Source of the DNA: Candidatus Zapsychrus exili
GTDB taxonomy: Bacteria; Omnitrophota; Gorgyraeia; Zapsychrales; Zapsychraceae
Reading direction: 5' to 3'
Length of the DNA stretch: 44,905 nt
NCBI GenBank assembly: GCA_030765585.1
Contig: JAVCCJ010000085.1
Coordinates: 1 to 44,905 of the forward strand
Below, in pieces: positions 27,995-38,293 of this stretch. Positions within the stretch are counted from its first letter, which is position 1. Each line of letters opens with the position of its first letter. The notes under the pieces are model-generated. The model saw only the letters and a list, made by a program, of their open reading frames with translations, searched no databases and was not told the DNA's origin. The translations under genes and the position numbers were made by a program.

Positions 27995-28074
27995 GATTAC
28001 ACAGATTCAAAAAACGATTACACAGATTTTCTATACTTTTAATCTGCGCAATCTGTAGTTTAATCGGTGCAATC
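27995..28074. repeat. Four-unit GATTAC repeat cassette, copy 2
   Basis: GATTACACAGATT (27995 and 28016), AATCTGCGCAATC (28041), AATCGGTGCAATC (28062). Confidence 0.8.
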
Positions 28075-28111
28075 AGGTTCTTTTTATTCAGTTCAATCAG
28101 AAAAGAACCAG

Positions 28112-29080
28112 CTAAAACTCCATTATTCTTTCAATACCAAACATATCTGAATCTTCTTCACTGGAGCCATCTGTCCCCTCTCGAAAAAGATATTTCAATT
28201 CAGTCCTACCTGAGCTCTCATCCTCTGAGCGCTTAATAGTCCATTCGGAATCAGAATCAGAATGAGTAACAATAGGTAAAAGATTTAACTCTCTGATTTG
28301 TTTTCTATAATTCTCTTTGTCTTTTAAATTAAATGGCCCATCTATTGTAAAACTTGACCCATCCTCGCTAGATGCAGTTGAAGATGCTATTTGTAGATAA
28401 GGATAAATACCGCCAGCGTTAAGATATATACTGTTATATTTAAACTTGCCTATAGAACCATCATAACTTTGCAAACTTGCTCTTAAAAACAAATTGTTCA
28501 ATGTACCTGTTGCCTGTATTTCTCCTTCTACCTTGCCTTCTGCCTCAAACTTTCTTGAAGACATCCAAAAATCAAGAAATTTATCAAGACCAACTGATAA
28601 CAAGTCAACATTTAGATCAACTCCCAAATCAGATGCCAAATCTATATAGCCTTTACAATTAATTGCATCAAAGAAAAAGACATTTAAATCTAATCTTTTA
28701 TTTTTTAATGTAAACTTGCCTGAAAGCTCTTTTGCAGGTTTATAATCAATAAGAGAATAGCTACTTAACAACTTGCCTTCTATCCTATCAATCTCCCCAC
28801 TTTCATCCTTTAAAATTTCTAAAGAGCTTTTGATCTGACTAGACAGATCAAAAAACTTCGTTCTTAAGTGCTCAATGCTAAGAAATGCATCAAAATCTTT
28901 ATCAGAATTCTTTTTTGTCTTTAAAGAAAATGACGCTTTCTTCCCTGCATTAAACTCAACATCAAACTGTTTGTTTTGAAAATCTATATTACCCTTAAAA
29001 GGTATAATAGTTTTAGCAAAGCAAGGGCTAAAACAAACAAAGACAAAAGCTAATAAAAATATAGTGGTTTTTGCTTTCAT
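28112..29080 (-). CDS. Exported beta-strand-rich hypothetical protein (possibly AsmA/TamB-like)
   Basis: Signal peptide, repeated amphipathic strands with G-x-I/L patterns and a C-terminal Phe. Starts 1 bp after the clpC stop. The family call is an inference. Confidence 0.7.
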   Translation of the reverse strand: MKAKTTIFLLAFVFVCFSPCFAKTIIPFKGNIDFQNKQFDVEFNAGKKASFSLKTKKNSDKDFDAFLSIEHLRTKFFDLSSQIKSSLEILKDESGEIDRIEGKLLSSYSLIDYKPAKELSGKFTLKNKRLDLNVFFFDAINCKGYIDLASDLGVDLNVDLLSVGLDKFLDFWMSSRKFEAEGKVEGEIQATGTLNNLFLRASLQSYDGSIGKFKYNSIYLNAGGIYPYLQIASSTASSEDGSSFTIDGPFNLKDKENYRKQIRELNLLPIVTHSDSDSEWTIKRSEDESSGRTELKYLFREGTDGSSEEDSDMFGIERIMEF

Positions 29081-29081
29081 T

Positions 29082-31509
29082 TTAGTTAAATACTAAAACG
29101 TCTTCTTTGCGTTCTATTTTGACAGAACCGCCCCCTTTAAAACGACCTGAAATAATATCTTCAGCTAAAGGATCTTCTAATAATCTCTGAATTGTTCTTT
29201 TTAGAGGCCTTGCTCCGTAAACAGGATCAAAACCATTTTCAATTATCAAGCTATACGATTCTTCAGATATCTCAACATTGATATCCTTGTCTTTCAGACG
29301 TTGTAATACACCTTCTATTTCTAACTGTACAATGTCGTGAAGATTATCTTTTGTAAGAGACTTAAATACAATGGTCTCATCTATTCTGTTTAGAAATTCT
29401 GGCTTAAAGGTCTTTTTAATTTCTTCTAAAAGACGCCCCTTCATGTCTTCATATGTAACCTCTTCGCTAGATTGCATAAAACCTAGAGATCCTTGTTTCC
29501 TTAACATCTCGGCTCCAACATTTGATGTCATAAGAATTATTGTATTTCTAAAGTCTACTTTTCTACCTAAACTATCTGTTAGACGACCTTCTTCAAAAAC
29601 CTGTAAAAGAAGATTGAAAACATCTGGATGAGCTTTTTCTACTTCATCCAAAAGTATTACTGAATAAGGTTTACGCCTTACTTTCTCTGTAAGTTGACCA
29701 CCTTCTTCATATCCAACATATCCTGGAGGTGAGCCAATAAGACGAGACACATTAAACTTATCCATATATTCAGACATATCTATCTGAATTAAAGAATACT
29801 TGCTACCAAACATAAACTCTGCCAATTCTTGTGCTAGCAAAGTTTTTCCAACTCCAGTAGGTCCCAAAAATATAAATGATCCTATCGGACGTTTTGGATC
29901 TTTAATTCCTGCGCGCGAACGCCTGACAGCTCTTGCTATGGCGCTAATTGGCTCTTCTTGGCCAACAACTTTCTTTTGCAATTGTTCTTCCATCTTAAGA
30001 AGTTTCTCGCTCTCCTCCTGTTCTAATCTAACAAGTGGGATTTTAGTCCATTGAGAAACAACTTTAGCAATTTCCTCATAACCTATAGTTATAGTTATTT
30101 TGTCTCTTTCCTCAGTCCATTCTTTTTTTATTTGATCTAACTTATCACGCTTTTCTCTTTCAAGATCACGCATCTTTGCCGCTTTTTCAAAATCTTGACT
30201 TTTTATATGGGCTTCCTTTTCTTGCTTTAAATGCTCTATTTCTCCTTCAAGTTCCTTCATATCAGGAGGCACTATCATTGTTTGAAGCCTTGCACGTGAC
30301 CCTGCTTCGTCTAGAATATCAACTGCTTTATCAGGCAAAGCTCTTCCTGATATATATCTAGAAGATAATTCAACCGCAGCCTCTAAAGACTCATCAGAAA
30401 AAGTCACTCGATGATGCGCTTCATACTTATCTCTTATACCTCTTAAAATTTCAACAGCTTCTTCTTCTGATGGAGGGTCTACCATAATAGTTTGAAAACG
30501 TCTTTCTAAGGCCGCATCTTTTTCTATATATTTTCTGTACTCATCTAAAGTAGTCGCTCCAATACATTGGATTTCTCCTCGAGACAAAGCAGGTTTTAGA
30601 ATATTAGCTGCATCAATTGCGCCTTCAGCTGCGCCTGCTCCAACTAAGGTATGTAGCTCGTCAATAAAAAGAATAAGCTTACCTGAACGCTTTATTTCGT
30701 CCATAATTGCTTTAATTCTTTCCTCAAATTGTCCTCTGTATTTAGTTCCAGCTATCATTAATGCTAAATCTAAAACAACAATAGTTTTATCCCTTAATAT
30801 TTCAGGCACCTCACCATTTACTATCATTTGTGCTAGACCTTCGACTATAGCTGTTTTTCCTACACCAGCTTCTCCTAAAAGAACAGGATTATTTTTTGCT
30901 CTTCTACTTAAAATTTGCAGAATTCTTTCTATTTCTTCTGTTCTTCCTATAACAGGATCTAGCTTGTCTTCTATTGCAAGTTTATTTAAATTCCTACCAT
31001 AAGCATCAATAGCAGGAGTTTTATTTGGCTTATTAGGGGTTTCCTGATTTTGATTTTCATACCCTGGTATTCCAGAACCCAGTAGCTCCATTACCTCATT
31101 TCTTAATTTTGAAAGATCTAATCCAAGATTAAGTAAAACTCTGTATGCCATTCCTTCACCTTCTTTTACTAATCCCAAAAGAAGATGCTCTGTTCCAATA
31201 TAATTATGCCCCAAAGCACGGGCTTCTTCTGCTGAAAGCTCTAATGCCTTCTTAGAACGCGGAGTAAAAGGAATGTCTCCTAATACTTGTGTTTGAGGTC
31301 CAGGCTGAACAAGCTTTTCTACCTCAATCCTTATTGTTTCTAAATCTAGGCCTACTTTTTGTAATACTGCTGCAGCAACACCTTCGCCTTCACGAACTAA
31401 ACCTAAAAGCAAATGTTCTGTCCCAATATAATCATGATTAAATCTTCTAGCTTCTTCTTTTGCGTAAACGATAACTTTTCTTGCTCTTTACTGTGAATCT
31501 ATTAAACAT
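29082..31509 (-). CDS. clpC: ATP-dependent Clp protease ATP-binding subunit ClpC, with an apparent one-base insertion at 31490
   Basis: Two AAA+ modules ([16 protein letters not shown]), UVR coil, SLGF ClpP-binding loop and Clp-N repeats. The natural start MFNRFT at 31509 is out of frame by one base; removing it gives 808 aa. Confidence 0.93.
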
Positions 31510-31511
31510 AT

Positions 31512-32564
31512 CTATTTCCCTCCTAATTTTTTACGAATTAAACTTGCTCTTCTTGAATCTCTATCTGCTGCAGATAATTTTTTCTTCTCTATCTTTTGCA
31601 AATGAGCTGGTTGAATCATAATAAATAATTGATTTATATCTTTTCTTCCCACATCATTAACTATATCTAAATCAACTCCCAAACGTATCATTGATAAGAG
31701 CTCAACTGTTTCTTGACTTGAAATTATCCTAGAGCTTCTTAAAGTACCTAAAGAACGAAATATTTTATCTTCTAACATTGCCTTATTTTGTAACAACAAA
31801 GCCTGCCTGGCCTGCTCTTCTTGTTCTATAATTTGACGTATCAAACCATTTATATTCTGCAATATATCTTCTTCTTTTTGCCCTAAAGATATTTGATTAG
31901 ATATCTGATAAAAGTTTCCACTTGCCTGCGTTCCTTCTCCATAAAAACCACGAGAAGCAAAATTTAATTTTGAAATAGCAGCTAAAACTTTATTAATTTG
32001 CTTTGTCATAACTAATGCTGGCAAATGAAGCATTACAGAACCCCTCATTGCTGTTCCCGTATTAGTTGGACAAGCTGTTAGATATCCCCATTTTGGAGAG
32101 TATGCAAAATCTAATTCTTCAGATAATGCGCTGTCTATTGAATCTATTATTTTCCAAGCTCCAGCAAGATCAAATCCTGAGTGCATAACCTGGATTCTTA
32201 AATGATCTTCTTCATTTATCATTACAGACAATACCTCCTCTTCAGACACAACAACAGAACGCCCTTCTACATTTGTAGAGTGATCGTGGCTCATAAGATG
32301 ACGCTCTACAAGAAACTGTTTACCAATATTATCTAACTCGCTTATCTTAAAAAATCCAGAACCCTTAAAGTAATCTATCTTGTGCATCGCATCTTCAATA
32401 ACAGACAATATTTCAACTATCTCTTTTTTGCTAGCTTTGCCAGGAAAAGGTTTATCTAACAAATTGCGAGCTAATCGAATGCGAGAAGACATAACAATAT
32501 CAGAATTAGGCCCTGTACCTTTTAGCCACTCTCCCATGTTATTAATAAAATCGTCTAGATTCAT
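31512..32564 (-). CDS. mcsB: Protein arginine kinase McsB
   Basis: SSRIRLARN, NEEDHLRIQ, LTACPTN and RGFYGEG. Start set to ATG 32564. Confidence 0.95.
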   Translation of the reverse strand: MNLDDFINNMGEWLKGTGPNSDIVMSSRIRLARNLLDKPFPGKASKKEIVEILSVIEDAMHKIDYFKGSGFFKISELDNIGKQFLVERHLMSHDHSTNVEGRSVVVSEEEVLSVMINEEDHLRIQVMHSGFDLAGAWKIIDSIDSALSEELDFAYSPKWGYLTACPTNTGTAMRGSVMLHLPALVMTKQINKVLAAISKLNFASRGFYGEGTQASGNFYQISNQISLGQKEEDILQNINGLIRQIIEQEEQARQALLLQNKAMLEDKIFRSLGTLRSSRIISSQETVELLSMIRLGVDLDIVNDVGRKDINQLFIMIQPAHLQKIEKKKLSAADRDSRRASLIRKKLGGK

Positions 32565-32565
32565 A

Positions 32566-33072
32566 TTATTCTCCACCCTCATTTTCTAATTCACGGATTT
32601 TATCTCTTAACATCGCTGCATCCTCAAAATCTTCTCTTTCAATTGCATCTGACAAAAGTTGTTTTAAGCTATTTGCATTTACACACTCTTCTTCGTTTTG
32701 AGAAGTCACAACAACCTTTAAAGGCTTTTTACCCAAATGTTTATTTGAACCATGGATTTTCTTAAGCAAAGGAGCTAAATGCACTTCAAATGTTTGATAA
32801 CAATTGCTGCAGCCAAGTCGACCAAATTTTCTAAAGTCTTCATAACTAAGATTACAATTAGAACAAACAAGTGGAGTTTCTTCTGGTGTTGCCTGATGCT
32901 TTCCAAAATCTGCTAAACCAGCCAAAAGATCAGCCAATCCAAACTGTTGTTCCATTTGAACGCTTTTTTCTTTTGAACACCCTTCACATAAATGAAGCTC
33001 TGCCATTTGTCCGTCAACAATCTCTGTTAAATGAACAGATGCTTTTTTCTTGTTGCATATATCACATAACAT
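32566..33072 (-). CDS. mcsA: McsB activator McsA (CxxC motifs plus UVR domain)
   Basis: CDIC, CEGC, CSNC, GRLGCSNCY and EDFEDAAMLRDKI. Confidence 0.93.
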   Translation of the reverse strand: MLCDICNKKKASVHLTEIVDGQMAELHLCEGCSKEKSVQMEQQFGLADLLAGLADFGKHQATPEETPLVCSNCNLSYEDFRKFGRLGCSNCYQTFEVHLAPLLKKIHGSNKHLGKKPLKVVVTSQNEEECVNANSLKQLLSDAIEREDFEDAAMLRDKIRELENEGGE

Positions 33073-33084
33073 TTTTATTTCTCC

Positions 33085-33948
33085 TTAATACTTAACACCA
33101 TCTTTTTTAGTTCTAACTTTAAACATTTTTACAATCTTTGCAGTCATAGGACCTGGTTTACCTGAACCTATAACTCTACCATCGACCTTAACAATTGGAA
33201 TAATCTCTGCAGCTGTTCCAGTCAAAAAACATTCATCAGCTACATAAACTTCATGTCTTGTTATCCGGCATTCTTTTGTCTTTATTTTTATTTTATCTGC
33301 CAACTCTAAAACCAAGTCTCTTGTTATACCTTTTAAATTTCCTTGGCTTGGAGTAAGTAAAACTTTATTCTTAACAATAAAAATATTATCACCTGTACAC
33401 TCTGCAACAAATCCTTGAGGGTCTAACATAATAGCTTCTGAATATCCTGCGTTGCTAGCCTCTATCTTTGCCATGATATTATTTAAATAATTAAGCGATT
33501 TTAATCTTGGGTTTAATGCCTCAGGACAATTTCTTATAGTAGGAACTGTTATAATTTCCATACCTTCTTTGTACAATTTCTTTGGATATAAAGTAATTTT
33601 ATCTGCAATAATTATAATATTAGCAGCTCCATAACATTTTTTAGGGTCAAGTCCAAGATCTCCTTCTCCTCTTGTTACCACTAAACGAATATAAGCATCT
33701 TTCAGATTGTTCTTCTTTAAAGTTGCAACAACTTCATCTATCATCTTTTTACGTGTTAAAGGGATATCAAGCATCATGGTATGTGCTGTTTCATAAAGCC
33801 TATCTATATGCTCTTTTAACTTAAAAACAAGCCCGCTGTATGATCTGATTCCTTCAAACACGCCATCCCCATATAGAAGCCCATGATCAAATACAGAAAC
33901 TTTAGCGTTTTTCTTTGCAACAAATTTTCCATTAATGTAAACTTTCAT
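33085..33948 (-). CDS. ilvE: Branched-chain amino acid aminotransferase
   Basis: DHGLLYGDGVFEGIR, KSLNYLNN, ECTGDNIF, GITR and FLTGTAAE. Confidence 0.93.
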   Translation of the reverse strand: MKVYINGKFVAKKNAKVSVFDHGLLYGDGVFEGIRSYSGLVFKLKEHIDRLYETAHTMMLDIPLTRKKMIDEVVATLKKNNLKDAYIRLVVTRGEGDLGLDPKKCYGAANIIIIADKITLYPKKLYKEGMEIITVPTIRNCPEALNPRLKSLNYLNNIMAKIEASNAGYSEAIMLDPQGFVAECTGDNIFIVKNKVLLTPSQGNLKGITRDLVLELADKIKIKTKECRITRHEVYVADECFLTGTAAEIIPIVKVDGRVIGSGKPGPMTAKIVKMFKVRTKKDGVKY

Positions 33949-33973
33949 AAATTACCTCACACTTTTTTATAGT

Positions 33974-34648
33974 TTAAATTAATTTTCCATCACGCATATA
34001 AAGTCTCTTTTCTATAAAAGAAGCTATATTCTCATCATGCGTAACGATTACGAATGTCTGATTATTACGTTCGTTTAATTCCACAAGTAAATCTTTTATT
34101 TCTGCTGTGCTTTTAGAATCTAAATTACCTGTTGGCTCATCGCATAAAACTACATCAGGATTATTTATAAGAGCTCTTGCGATTGCAACACGTTGCTGCT
34201 CTCCACCTGATAGCTGACTAGGCCTGTGACTGATTCTTTTCTTTAAACCAACTCTTTCCAAAAGAGCCGCCCCTTCTTCTTCTATTTCCCTCATTGATTT
34301 CTTTTTTTGTTTTATCAATGCAGGCAAGATAACATTCTCTAAAGATGTAAACTCTGGCAGCAAATGATAAAACTGAAACACAAAACCTATGTTTTCATTT
34401 CTTACCTTTGCTCTCCCTGCATCATTTAAGCTATAGATATTTTCGCCATTTAAAAATACAGAACCTTTAATAGGCTTATCTAGTCCTCCTAGCATATGAA
34501 GCAATGTTGATTTTCCTGCACCAGATGGGCCAACAATGCAAAGCATCTGTCCATCTTCAACTTTTAAATCAATGCCCTTTAAAACATCTATAGTATTTTC
34601 TGCCTGAGAAAAAGACTTATGTACATCTATTGCCTGAAGTATTACCAA
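33974..34648 (-). CDS. lolD: LolD-like ABC transporter ATPase
   Basis: GPSGAGKST, GFVFQFYHLLPEF, LSGGEQQRVAIARAL and DEPTGNLD. TTG start with GGAG RBS. Confidence 0.85.
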   Translation of the reverse strand: MVILQAIDVHKSFSQAENTIDVLKGIDLKVEDGQMLCIVGPSGAGKSTLLHMLGGLDKPIKGSVFLNGENIYSLNDAGRAKVRNENIGFVFQFYHLLPEFTSLENVILPALIKQKKKSMREIEEEGAALLERVGLKKRISHRPSQLSGGEQQRVAIARALINNPDVVLCDEPTGNLDSKSTAEIKDLLVELNERNNQTFVIVTHDENIASFIEKRLYMRDGKLI

Positions 34649-34663
34649 CTATTGATCTCCATT

Positions 34664-35857
34664 CTATTCATAACGCAATGCTTCAACTGGCTCTAAATTA
34701 GAAGCACGAGATGCTGGATAAATTGTTGCTAAATAACTTATTACCATAGCAGCAGTTATTGTTATTAAAATATCAAAAAATTGTAATTCAACGGGAACTC
34801 TATCAATAGAATAAATTTCCTTAGGAACCTTAACGTATGTTCCTAAAATATAGCTTAAACCAACTCCTCCAACTAGCCCTAATAGTGTTCCTAACGAACC
34901 GATAAAAACTCCCTGTCTTATAAAAATATTTCTAATCGATTTATTTGGAACCCCTATTGATTTTAAAATTCCAATATCTTGAACCTTGCTTGTAACAGTG
35001 ACTATAAGCGTGCTTATTATATTAAACGACGCTATTAAGACCATCAACGTAAGTATTATAAATAAGCCCCACTTTTCTAAAAACAATGCCTCGAAAAGAT
35101 TACGATTTATATCAATCCATGTTCTGACAATAAAGCCGAATCCTAATATCTCATAAATTTGATTTTTAACTTCTTTAGTATTATTAACATCTTTTAACCG
35201 AACACCAACACCCGTGACCGTATTATCAGCAAAATTAAAGATTTCCTGAGCTTTTTTAAGATCAACAACAACCAAGCTCATGTCATAATCAGCCATTCCA
35301 GTATTAAAGATGCCCGAAATATTTAAACTATATCTCCAACCACGGCCAGCCATTCCAGAGCCAGGAGAAATTAAAGTAACTTTATCTCCTATCTTATAGC
35401 CAAAATATCTTGCAAGTTCACTGCCTATAATAATATTATCATCTATCAGCTCTTTTATATTTCCTTCAACTAAATACTGATCAACCTTTGTAACTTTTCT
35501 TTCATCTTCCGCATTTACTCCTCGAACTGCTATTGCCACGGAATGCCCCTTGTTCTCAAGAAAGATATTGCCTTGAATATATGCCGCCGTACCTTCGATA
35601 GAATCAAGATTGTTAATTTTATCTATTATTTCTTCATAATTTTTTACACCCGTCTCTTTCTCAATCATAATATGAGGAGTTGTACCAATAATTTTCTCAC
35701 GCAAATTATTTCCAAAACCCGTCATAACAGCGGTCACAACAATCAAAGATGCAACACCAATTGCAACTCCAGCAATTGAGATAAAGTTCAAGAAAGACAA
35801 AAATCTTCCTTTATTTGCTGTCAAATAGCGATAACTTATCCAACTCTCGTAATTCAT
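34664..35857 (-). CDS. Lipoprotein-releasing ABC transporter permease (LolC/E family)
   Basis: GVAIGVASLIVVTAVMTGF, ASFNIISTL, DIGILKSIG and YPASRASNLEPVEALRYE. Confidence 0.9.
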   Translation of the reverse strand: MNYESWISYRYLTANKGRFLSFLNFISIAGVAIGVASLIVVTAVMTGFGNNLREKIIGTTPHIMIEKETGVKNYEEIIDKINNLDSIEGTAAYIQGNIFLENKGHSVAIAVRGVNAEDERKVTKVDQYLVEGNIKELIDDNIIIGSELARYFGYKIGDKVTLISPGSGMAGRGWRYSLNISGIFNTGMADYDMSLVVVDLKKAQEIFNFADNTVTGVGVRLKDVNNTKEVKNQIYEILGFGFIVRTWIDINRNLFEALFLEKWGLFIILTLMVLIASFNIISTLIVTVTSKVQDIGILKSIGVPNKSIRNIFIRQGVFIGSLGTLLGLVGGVGLSYILGTYVKVPKEIYSIDRVPVELQFFDILITITAAMVISYLATIYPASRASNLEPVEALRYE

Positions 35858-37314
35858 TCTTTAGGCTTATTACCTTGTGGTTTCATTAATGGAAACAAAA
35901 TAACATCTCTAATAGATGGAGCGTCTGTTAAAAGCATAACCAATCTATCTATTCCTATCCCTAAACCTCCTGCTGGAGGCATACCATATTCAAGGGCATT
36001 TAAAAAGTCTTCATCAATTGTCCTATTCTGAGTCTCCACATCATCATCTAAATCTTCTAACAATCTTTCTCTCTGTTCGCGAGGGTCGTTTAACTCTGAG
36101 TAAGCATTTCCTATTTCCATGCCAGCAACAAAAAACTCAAAACGCTGCGAAATATGTTTATTATCTGGCATTGTTTTAGCTAAAGGACAAAGAAAAGTAA
36201 AATAATTTGTAAAGAAAACAGGATTAATTATCTCTTCTTCCTCAAGCATATCCTCAACTATTTTCATAACAGCAGAACGAGTTAACTTATCAATTTTGAT
36301 CTTACCGCCTTTTTTTGTTTTTACTTTATCTAACATTACATCTGCAGTATCCTCAGGATTTATATCGAACTTTTCTTTTATAACTCCTGCGAATGAACGA
36401 CGCTCCCAAGGTGTAGTAAAATCAATTGCTTTACCTTGATAAGGAACTTTATACGAGCCAGTAATTTCTTTTGCTAGAAAACTTACCAAATCTTCTGTTA
36501 ACTTCATCATATCTTGGTAATCAGCATATGCTTGATAAACCTCAAGCATAGTAAATTCAGGATTGTGTCGTGTTGATACACCTTCATTCCTGAAATTCTT
36601 ATTCATTTCATACACTCGTTCTAGACCTCCTACCAAAAGCCTTTTTAAATAAAGCTCAGGAGCTATTCGCAAAAAAACATCTAAATCATATGCATTATGA
36701 AGGCTTTTAAAAGGTCTCCCACGAGCACCACCTGCCATTGGTTGAAGCATTGGAGTCTCTACTTCTAAAAAGTTCTTTTCATCTAAAAACGAACGAATAA
36801 GACTTATTATTTTACTTCTTTTAATAAAAACTTCCTTCACGTCTTTGTTCGCAATCAAATCAACATATCGCTGTCTATAACGAACCTCAACATCTTTAAG
36901 TCCATGCCATTTCTCTGGCAAAGGCAATAATGACTTTGATAGGACTTTAAGCTCTGAAACACGTACACTTTGTTGCTCAGTCTTTGTTACAAATAGCTCG
37001 CCACGAATACCAATAATATCGCCAATATCTAAAGCCTTCGTTATATCAAAATCATCAATTTTAACAGCATTAACTTTCACAAAAAGCTGCATCTTGCCAG
37101 TTCGATCTTCAAGATCTATAAACATAACTTTTCCATGACTACGATTTGCCATAATACGACCCGCCAAAACAACCTCATTACCTTCTTGAAAGTTATCTAG
37201 AACGTACTTAATATCACTCGTACATTCAAATTTTCCGCCGTATGCATAAATATTATTTTCATTTAAGCTAGAAAGCTTATCTAATCTAACTCGTTTTATT
37301 TCATCTAGTTCCAT
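35854..37314 (-). CDS. lysS: Lysine--tRNA ligase (class II)
   Basis: RYRQRYVDL, LRIAPELYLKRL, FRNEG..RHNPEFT and GMPPAGGLGIGIDRL. Confidence 0.97.
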   Translation of the reverse strand: MELDEIKRVRLDKLSSLNENNIYAYGGKFECTSDIKYVLDNFQEGNEVVLAGRIMANRSHGKVMFIDLEDRTGKMQLFVKVNAVKIDDFDITKALDIGDIIGIRGELFVTKTEQQSVRVSELKVLSKSLLPLPEKWHGLKDVEVRYRQRYVDLIANKDVKEVFIKRSKIISLIRSFLDEKNFLEVETPMLQPMAGGARGRPFKSLHNAYDLDVFLRIAPELYLKRLLVGGLERVYEMNKNFRNEGVSTRHNPEFTMLEVYQAYADYQDMMKLTEDLVSFLAKEITGSYKVPYQGKAIDFTTPWERRSFAGVIKEKFDINPEDTADVMLDKVKTKKGGKIKIDKLTRSAVMKIVEDMLEEEEIINPVFFTNYFTFLCPLAKTMPDNKHISQRFEFFVAGMEIGNAYSELNDPREQRERLLEDLDDDVETQNRTIDEDFLNALEYGMPPAGGLGIGIDRLVMLLTDAPSIRDVILFPLMKPQGNKPKE

Positions 37315-37370
37315 AAAATTACACCTCTAAACTATTATTTAGTATTAATATTAATTAATATAATATATAG

Positions 37371-37399
37371 ATTATATAGAAAAAGGTCTTTAGTGTCAA
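37371..37399 (-). promoter_or_regulatory. Perfect consensus sigma70 promoter upstream of lysS
   Basis: TTGACA (37399-37394), 17 bp spacer, TATAAT (37376-37371). Confidence 0.8.
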
Positions 37400-37463
37400 T
37401 CAAAACACAAGCCACTTTTTCGGCGAGGAACATACTTTAATTTTTTATAAAATTTAAAGGATT

Positions 37464-38276
37464 TTAAACAGATACTATACAAATATCTGCCTTATTGGCG
37501 AGTTTAATACATGTTTCTTGATTTATGAGGATTGTCTTTCCTGCTTCTATTGCAAGACATTTTGATTTTGTTTTAATCATATTCTTAATTGTGCGAGGGC
37601 CAACAACAGGGACATCAAAACGCAAATCTTGTTTTGGCTTGCTTACCTTGACTATTACAGCCCCTTCTCTTGCTATTTTGCCACCTCTTAATATTGATTG
37701 ATCTGTTCCTTCCATCGCCTCTATCGCAACAATCGCTTTATCTTTTATAACTACTGTTTGCCCTATATCTATATCTCCCATTTCTTTTGCTATTCCTACG
37801 CCAAATTCAATGTCATGCAATTCAGAAATACTTGGACCTCTTTTTGTTAAGGTGCCTTTTGGAGCAAGATACTCATCAATTAAAAATGTTGAATCAATTA
37901 AATCAATTCCATAATTCTTAAGCTTATCTGCTGCTGCTGCAAATATTGTGTCAGCTTTTCTATCCTTTATAGCCTCAAAGATTCCACTAAATTCCTCGTC
38001 GAAGTTTACCCTTTTATCAAACAAATTACTTTGACTAACTTGTCCAGCCATAATGGCTTTAGAAACATTTTTATTCTTTAAATATAAAAACATTTTTTTC
38101 ATATCTCCAACATTAAACCATTCTATTTCAGACACAAAAAACTTTAAGAAAAATGATGCATCACCTATAACCGCTGCAGCAACAACCTTGTATCCTTTGT
38201 CCCTTGCTTTCTTAGCAAAAACAAAAGGAAACTTTCCGCTGCCCGCTATAAGTCCTAATATTTTTTCTTGCTTCAT
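37464..38276 (-). CDS. lpxI: UDP-2,3-diacylglucosamine hydrolase LpxI
   Basis: GLIAGSGKFP, DIGQTVV, AIEAMEGTD and KPKQDLRFDVP. Follows lpxA. Confidence 0.92.
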   Translation of the reverse strand: MKQEKILGLIAGSGKFPFVFAKKARDKGYKVVAAAVIGDASFFLKFFVSEIEWFNVGDMKKMFLYLKNKNVSKAIMAGQVSQSNLFDKRVNFDEEFSGIFEAIKDRKADTIFAAAADKLKNYGIDLIDSTFLIDEYLAPKGTLTKRGPSISELHDIEFGVGIAKEMGDIDIGQTVVIKDKAIVAIEAMEGTDQSILRGGKIAREGAVIVKVSKPKQDLRFDVPVVGPRTIKNMIKTKSKCLAIEAGKTILINQETCIKLANKADICIVSV

Positions 38277-38293
38277 AATTTATACCTTCAATA

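Noticed and set aside
27068..28074. GATTAC repeats as a CRISPR mini-array
   Set aside because: Units are 13 bp with 8-9 bp gaps, half are inverted, and no cas genes are present.
28076..28109. GGTTCTTTT...AAAAGAACC inverted repeat as an intrinsic terminator
   Set aside because: AT-rich stem, 16-nt loop and no following U-tract on the coding strand; too weak to call.
31447..31500. Programmed ribosomal frameshift in clpC
   Set aside because: No recognisable shift signal, and deleting one base restores the canonical sequence exactly, so a simple indel is more parsimonious.
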